From an uncultured Bacilli bacterium (GTDB lineage Bacteria; Bacillota_I; Bacilli_A; RF39; UBA660), in the NCBI GenBank assembly GCA_947626095.1, contig CANQQV010000006.1:21643-85642 (forward strand): a stretch of 64,000 nt of DNA, in the 5' to 3' direction. This document shows, piece by piece, positions 59,860 to 64,000 of the stretch. The position numbers and the translations under genes are program-made. Below the pieces are notes generated by a model. It had not been told where the DNA came from. It saw nothing but the letters and a program-made list of their open reading frames with translations, and made no database searches. Position 1 is the stretch's first letter, and every line of letters starts with the position of its first letter.

Positions 59860-61209
59860 ATGAAAGAATTATTAGAAATATATCATAGAAATTTTCCTAA
59901 TAATATTAGAGATGAAGAAACTGTAAAAAGAATATTGAGTAATCCAGATAATTATATTATTGAAAAAAGAATTGATGGTAATTTAATTGGAGTTTCGATA
60001 ATTAATAAAAATACAATTATTATGTTGTGTGTAGATAAAGAATATAGAAAAAAAGGAATTGGGACAAAACTACTTAATCTATCAGAAAAATATATAACAG
60101 AAAATAATTATGATAAAGTAAATGTCGGTGTTGGCTTTGATTATTTAATGCCTGGTGTTCCAATTAATGATGCCAATATAAGTTTCTTTAAAAGAAGATT
60201 CTATACTCATTCATGGAATGATGATGAATGTTTTGATATGGATATGGAATTAAAGGATACGATCTGTAATTATAATCTTGGTGATACAATTAATGGTATA
60301 ACTTATAGATTGGCGACTATTAAAGATTTGGCAGAAATAAAAAAATGTACGGATGATGCCGAAGAAAGTTTTACAAAGTATTATATGAATAGTGATTTAT
60401 ATAATATAGATAATAAGCAAATTGTTTTAGTAGCCGAAGATAATGGAGAAATCTGTGGTACTTTAATTATAAGTAAAGAAGCTGAAGCTCCTAATACTGG
60501 AAGCGTTGGTTGTACAACGACAAAACGTAATCATCAAAGAAGAGGAATTGCTACGACGATGGTTCAAATAGGAACAAAATATTTAAAAGATTTAGGATAT
60601 AAATATGGACATTTAGGTTATACTTATACTGGATTAGATAAAATGTATGGTAAGGCAGGCTACAAAGTAACAACAAAATATTTTATGGCTGAAAAGCCAT
60701 TAGTAAAAATTAAAGATTCTGATTTTACTTTTAGAAGATTAAAAAAAGAGGAATTTGATAAATTAAAACATTCTTTTAATGATACTGAAGAATTATGGAC
60801 TAAATATAAAGAAATGAGAATGAAACAATATGATGAAAATGATGTTGATACGTATATAGTAGAATTAAATAATCAAGTAGTTGGTGAAGTAACTATTAAT
60901 TATAGTAGTCATGATTTACCATCAGAAGCAATTCTCAATCAAAGAGTGTATGTTCAAGCATTTAGAATTGAACCTTCGTACCAAGGATATGGTTTGGGTC
61001 AAAGATTAATGAGTTATACTTTATCTGATTTAGAGAGTAAGGGAATAACTGAATTCACTATTGGGGTTGAGGATGATAATGAAGTAGCAAAGCATATTTA
61101 TTTTAAGTATGGTTTTACAGAAGCAATTGATTATAGAAAAGGAGATATGTTTGATCCAACTGATTATACTCTTTATATGAGATCTATTGAAAAGAAGAAA
61201 ACGTTATAA
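59860..61209 (+). CDS. Triple-GNAT domain acetyltransferase
   Basis: Three motif-A copies (YRKKGIG, HQRRGIA, YQGYGLG). Confidence 0.85.
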   Translation: MKELLEIYHRNFPNNIRDEETVKRILSNPDNYIIEKRIDGNLIGVSIINKNTIIMLCVDKEYRKKGIGTKLLNLSEKYITENNYDKVNVGVGFDYLMPGVPINDANISFFKRRFYTHSWNDDECFDMDMELKDTICNYNLGDTINGITYRLATIKDLAEIKKCTDDAEESFTKYYMNSDLYNIDNKQIVLVAEDNGEICGTLIISKEAEAPNTGSVGCTTTKRNHQRRGIATTMVQIGTKYLKDLGYKYGHLGYTYTGLDKMYGKAGYKVTTKYFMAEKPLVKIKDSDFTFRRLKKEEFDKLKHSFNDTEELWTKYKEMRMKQYDENDVDTYIVELNNQVVGEVTINYSSHDLPSEAILNQRVYVQAFRIEPSYQGYGLGQRLMSYTLSDLESKGITEFTIGVEDDNEVAKHIYFKYGFTEAIDYRKGDMFDPTDYTLYMRSIEKKKTL

Positions 61210-61213
61210 AATT

Positions 61214-61253
61214 AAAAGACAATGACTTAAGATTTATAGTCATTGTCTTTTTT
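61214..61253 (+). terminator. Intrinsic terminator
   Basis: AAAAGACAATGACT...AGTCATTGTCTTTT plus T run. Confidence 0.75.
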
Positions 61254-61297
61254 ATATGTTTAATACTAAATTTTTTTGATAGTTTTGATTATTAAAT

Positions 61298-61392
61298 AAA
61301 AAAAGCGAACTAAATGTTCGACGAAAATTCAAAATGGAGCGATTACTAAAAGGGTTAAGCACACTTTTATAACAAATTCATTTGTATTTGCT
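61298..61392 (-). ncRNA. Candidate small RNA with a CGCUCCA tRNA-like 3' motif
   Basis: Minus-strand TTGATT-18-TATAAT promoter with an extended -10 TG (61428-61399) and a CGAAC/GTTCG + T7 terminator. Confidence 0.3.
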
Positions 61393-61430
61393 AAATTAAT
61401 TATAGCATTTTTAGCTAATATAAATCAATA

Positions 61431-63827
61431 TTAAGTTTTAATTAAATCTTTTTGTACATTGACATTTTCATTAAAATTAATTGTTGTTAGTTTATTATTC
61501 ATAGTTTTCTCTTTTTTATAATTTTCACAAAGATAATTATATTGTCCAATATATGAAACTTGTAAATATTTAATTATTAATTTACAACAATTAGTGTAAT
61601 CTGAATCAATATATTCCTCATCATCGTGAACAATATCTATTGTAGCATGTGATCCTCTATTAATAAGATTATAAAAAGAATTAATTTCATTTTTAGATAT
61701 TTGATTAAACTGTATTTTATCTTCTTTAATTTTATTAATAAGTAAATCAGTATAATGTTTAGATGAATCAGATTCTTCATTATGATCAGGAAATTCAAAT
61801 CTAGATATTGTTTCAATTACATATCTACAATAATTGTGAATATATAATTTTTGACTGTTATCAACATTATTTGTGATATATACTTTGTAAATTTCTTTAA
61901 GTTTTTCTAAATAGTCTGAACTAAGTTTGCTAGTATCATCTAAATTTATTGTTTTTCCAAATTCATTCTCTTTAAGCAGAATGTATTGTGAATTTTTAAA
62001 ATTCCTTTTAAACATATTTAAAAATTTTATATTATGTGAAGTTATTATAATTTGACTAGAATTATTACTTTTTATTAAATCACATATATAATTATAGACA
62101 TTATAAATATTAGGGTAGTCAAGTGAGGTAATGGGATCATCAATGAATATTATATCTTTTTCATTTGAAGTGTATAATAATTGTATTTCTGCTAAAAATA
62201 ACGCAAAAGCTATTATACTTTTTTCACCATCACTTAAATATTGATTTGCTTTGTACACAACCGGAATCTTATTTATACATAAATCGAATTCTTCATTTAT
62301 TCTATAATTAGTAATTTTAAAACTATCTAAAAATTCATTCATTAGCTTAAGCAATTCATTTTTGTTTTTAATATCCTCTTCATATAAGGTTTTAAATATT
62401 TTTAATTCTTTATTAGTATTTTCTATTTTTATATAAAGATTATGTATTTCTTTAATTTTCTCTTCTATTTTTCTGTAAACTATATATTTTGCTGTTGTTT
62501 TTAAATATGTTTCGTTTCTCAATTTTTTTTCTTTATTTGAATTATCTATTTTTTTATTTATAACCTCAAAAGATTTTATTAAATCTACATAATTGTTAAT
62601 AACATTTTGAACTATAGCATTATCAATTATATCAATTTTTCCAGTACAATCTATATATAAATTATTTTCTTCCAATTTAGAATTTAAAATTGATATAAGA
62701 TTTTTTATAAAATCATGATATAATGATACAAATTTGTTTAATTTCTCACTATTTTTTTCATTAAACAATTTATCTAATCGCTCAACTTTTTGTTTAACAG
62801 TATCTAAATTACCTAACAAACTTAAATTATCATTAAGTTCAATTAGGGTATTATGAATAAAATCTTCGGTTTGTTTTATCTTACTATTAATATAAGTTTT
62901 ATAAAGCTCTATTAAATTATTATTTGATATATCTGAACCACAAAATGGGCAAGAAGAATTTGTTATATATTTTTCTCCCTCTAATTTCCATTTTTTTTCA
63001 TTTAATTCGAATTTATCTAAGTATTCTTTTGCAAAACTAATTTTTGTTTTATCCTCGCTAAATTTAATAATTTCATTAATTTTATTTATATATTCTAAAA
63101 AAAATGCTTGATTCTTTAAAAGTTCAATATTAAAACTTATTTTATCATTTTCACTTAAATCCTTTAAGTTTTGAATAAATTGAATATGTTCCAAACGAAT
63201 CTTATCTAAATCACCAGTAATTTTAGCGGTATCTATATTTTTAAAATTATCATAGCTGTATTCTTTAAAAACACTATTTCCCTTAGTTGTTCCACAATCT
63301 GAAATTATGTGTGAAATTTCTAAACTAATTTGTTCTTCAATAATTTGTTTTAAAGTTTTTCCTTGTTCAATTAGAAAATCATATTCTTTAACTTTATCAA
63401 TATAATTATTTTTTGCTTCGGATGTGATACTATAAGTTGAATTTTTAGGATCAAATTTATTTTTTCTAAAGTTTTGTTGATATGTTATTTTACTATCAAT
63501 ATAATCTTTATTAAATACAGGAAATATTACAGGATTTAATATATCATTATTATCAATTATGCACTGTAAATTATTATCAAAGTAAATTGTAATTTTTGCT
63601 GTTTCACTTGCCCCAATTGTGTTTAATTGTTCAATTTTATTTTTAAATTCTTCATTATTTTTAAGTTTTAAGCTAGAATAATATAATAGTCTAGAAATTG
63701 AACTTTTCCCAGAACCATTGACTCCATATATGAATGCAACATTAGATTTTAAATTATTAAATACAATTTTTTGATTATCTTTAAATTTAGTAAAATTTTT
63801 ATGAATTTCTATTTCTTTTATTTTCAT
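61431..63827 (-). CDS. RloC-like (AAA_13) ABC-ATPase with zinc hook and C-terminal HEPN-like domain
   Basis: YGVNGSGKS, coiled coils, CPFCG, LSDGEK, FIDDPITSLD, TSHN, NYCRYVIE...INRGSH; start set at MKIKEIE. Confidence 0.8.
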   Translation of the reverse strand: MKIKEIEIHKNFTKFKDNQKIVFNNLKSNVAFIYGVNGSGKSSISRLLYYSSLKLKNNEEFKNKIEQLNTIGASETAKITIYFDNNLQCIIDNNDILNPVIFPVFNKDYIDSKITYQQNFRKNKFDPKNSTYSITSEAKNNYIDKVKEYDFLIEQGKTLKQIIEEQISLEISHIISDCGTTKGNSVFKEYSYDNFKNIDTAKITGDLDKIRLEHIQFIQNLKDLSENDKISFNIELLKNQAFFLEYINKINEIIKFSEDKTKISFAKEYLDKFELNEKKWKLEGEKYITNSSCPFCGSDISNNNLIELYKTYINSKIKQTEDFIHNTLIELNDNLSLLGNLDTVKQKVERLDKLFNEKNSEKLNKFVSLYHDFIKNLISILNSKLEENNLYIDCTGKIDIIDNAIVQNVINNYVDLIKSFEVINKKIDNSNKEKKLRNETYLKTTAKYIVYRKIEEKIKEIHNLYIKIENTNKELKIFKTLYEEDIKNKNELLKLMNEFLDSFKITNYRINEEFDLCINKIPVVYKANQYLSDGEKSIIAFALFLAEIQLLYTSNEKDIIFIDDPITSLDYPNIYNVYNYICDLIKSNNSSQIIITSHNIKFLNMFKRNFKNSQYILLKENEFGKTINLDDTSKLSSDYLEKLKEIYKVYITNNVDNSQKLYIHNYCRYVIETISRFEFPDHNEESDSSKHYTDLLINKIKEDKIQFNQISKNEINSFYNLINRGSHATIDIVHDDEEYIDSDYTNCCKLIIKYLQVSYIGQYNYLCENYKKEKTMNNKLTTINFNENVNVQKDLIKT

Positions 63828-63885
63828 TACTTCACCACCTAAAAAAATTAAATATATTTTACCATTTTTTAACAAATAAATAAAG

Positions 63886-63933
63886 TTTATTAGGAAATTT
63901 ACTAGGAAATTTACTAGGAAATTTACTAGGAAA
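63886..63933. repeat. 4 x 12-bp tandem repeat TTTA(C/T)TAGGAAA in a divergent promoter region
   Basis: Units at 63886, 63898, 63910 and 63922; each nearly palindromic. Confidence 0.92.
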
Positions 63934-63972
63934 TATAGTATAATGAATTTAGCAAATAATTGGAGGTGTGAA

Positions 63973-64000
63973 ATGATAGAAACTATTGAAAACTCAAGAA
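63973..64000 (+). CDS. Start of a gene running off the window (MIETIENSR...)
   Basis: TATAAT at 63939-63944, GGAGGTG SD, ATG at 63973. Confidence 0.6.

Noticed and set aside
63886-63933. CRISPR array or plasmid iterons
   Set aside because: Units are contiguous 12-mers without spacers, and no rep gene is visible in the window.

Overview
A very AT-rich chromosomal segment from a low-GC Firmicute. It uses code 11, and the gene content and style suggest a reduced gut Bacilli lineage such as RF39 (inference). Housekeeping genes include nrdD, an RluA-family synthase, folD, rnr, addB/addA, a class B sortase, tRNA-Asn and tRNA-His. These are mixed with many orphan and accessory genes: kinase-like, transglutaminase-like, GNAT, NUDIX, ABC transporters and an RloC-like ATPase at the right edge. 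No rRNA, CRISPR array, transposase or integrase was found. Top signals: (1) a ~930-nt ORF-free unit (about 610-1537) between a near-consensus sigma-A promoter and an intrinsic terminator, densely packed with nested helices, which is a candidate large ornate ncRNA; (2) two tandem start-less surface-protein cassettes with an identical 42-bp 5' box and a 190-bp near-identical 3' box around divergent cores, resembling a silent-cassette antigenic variation locus; (3) a class III RNR whose glycyl-radical segment is a separate small gene; (4) a consensus promoter bracketed by 17-bp inverted repeats (candidate inverton) driving a GATase-like/MoxR-AAA plus vWA-like operon; (5) a GNAT gene split at an A_AAA_AAG slippery site, an attenuator-like leader, and a small CCA-containing transcript beside the RloC-like gene. 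All family assignments come from motif recognition by eye; no searches or folding programs were run.
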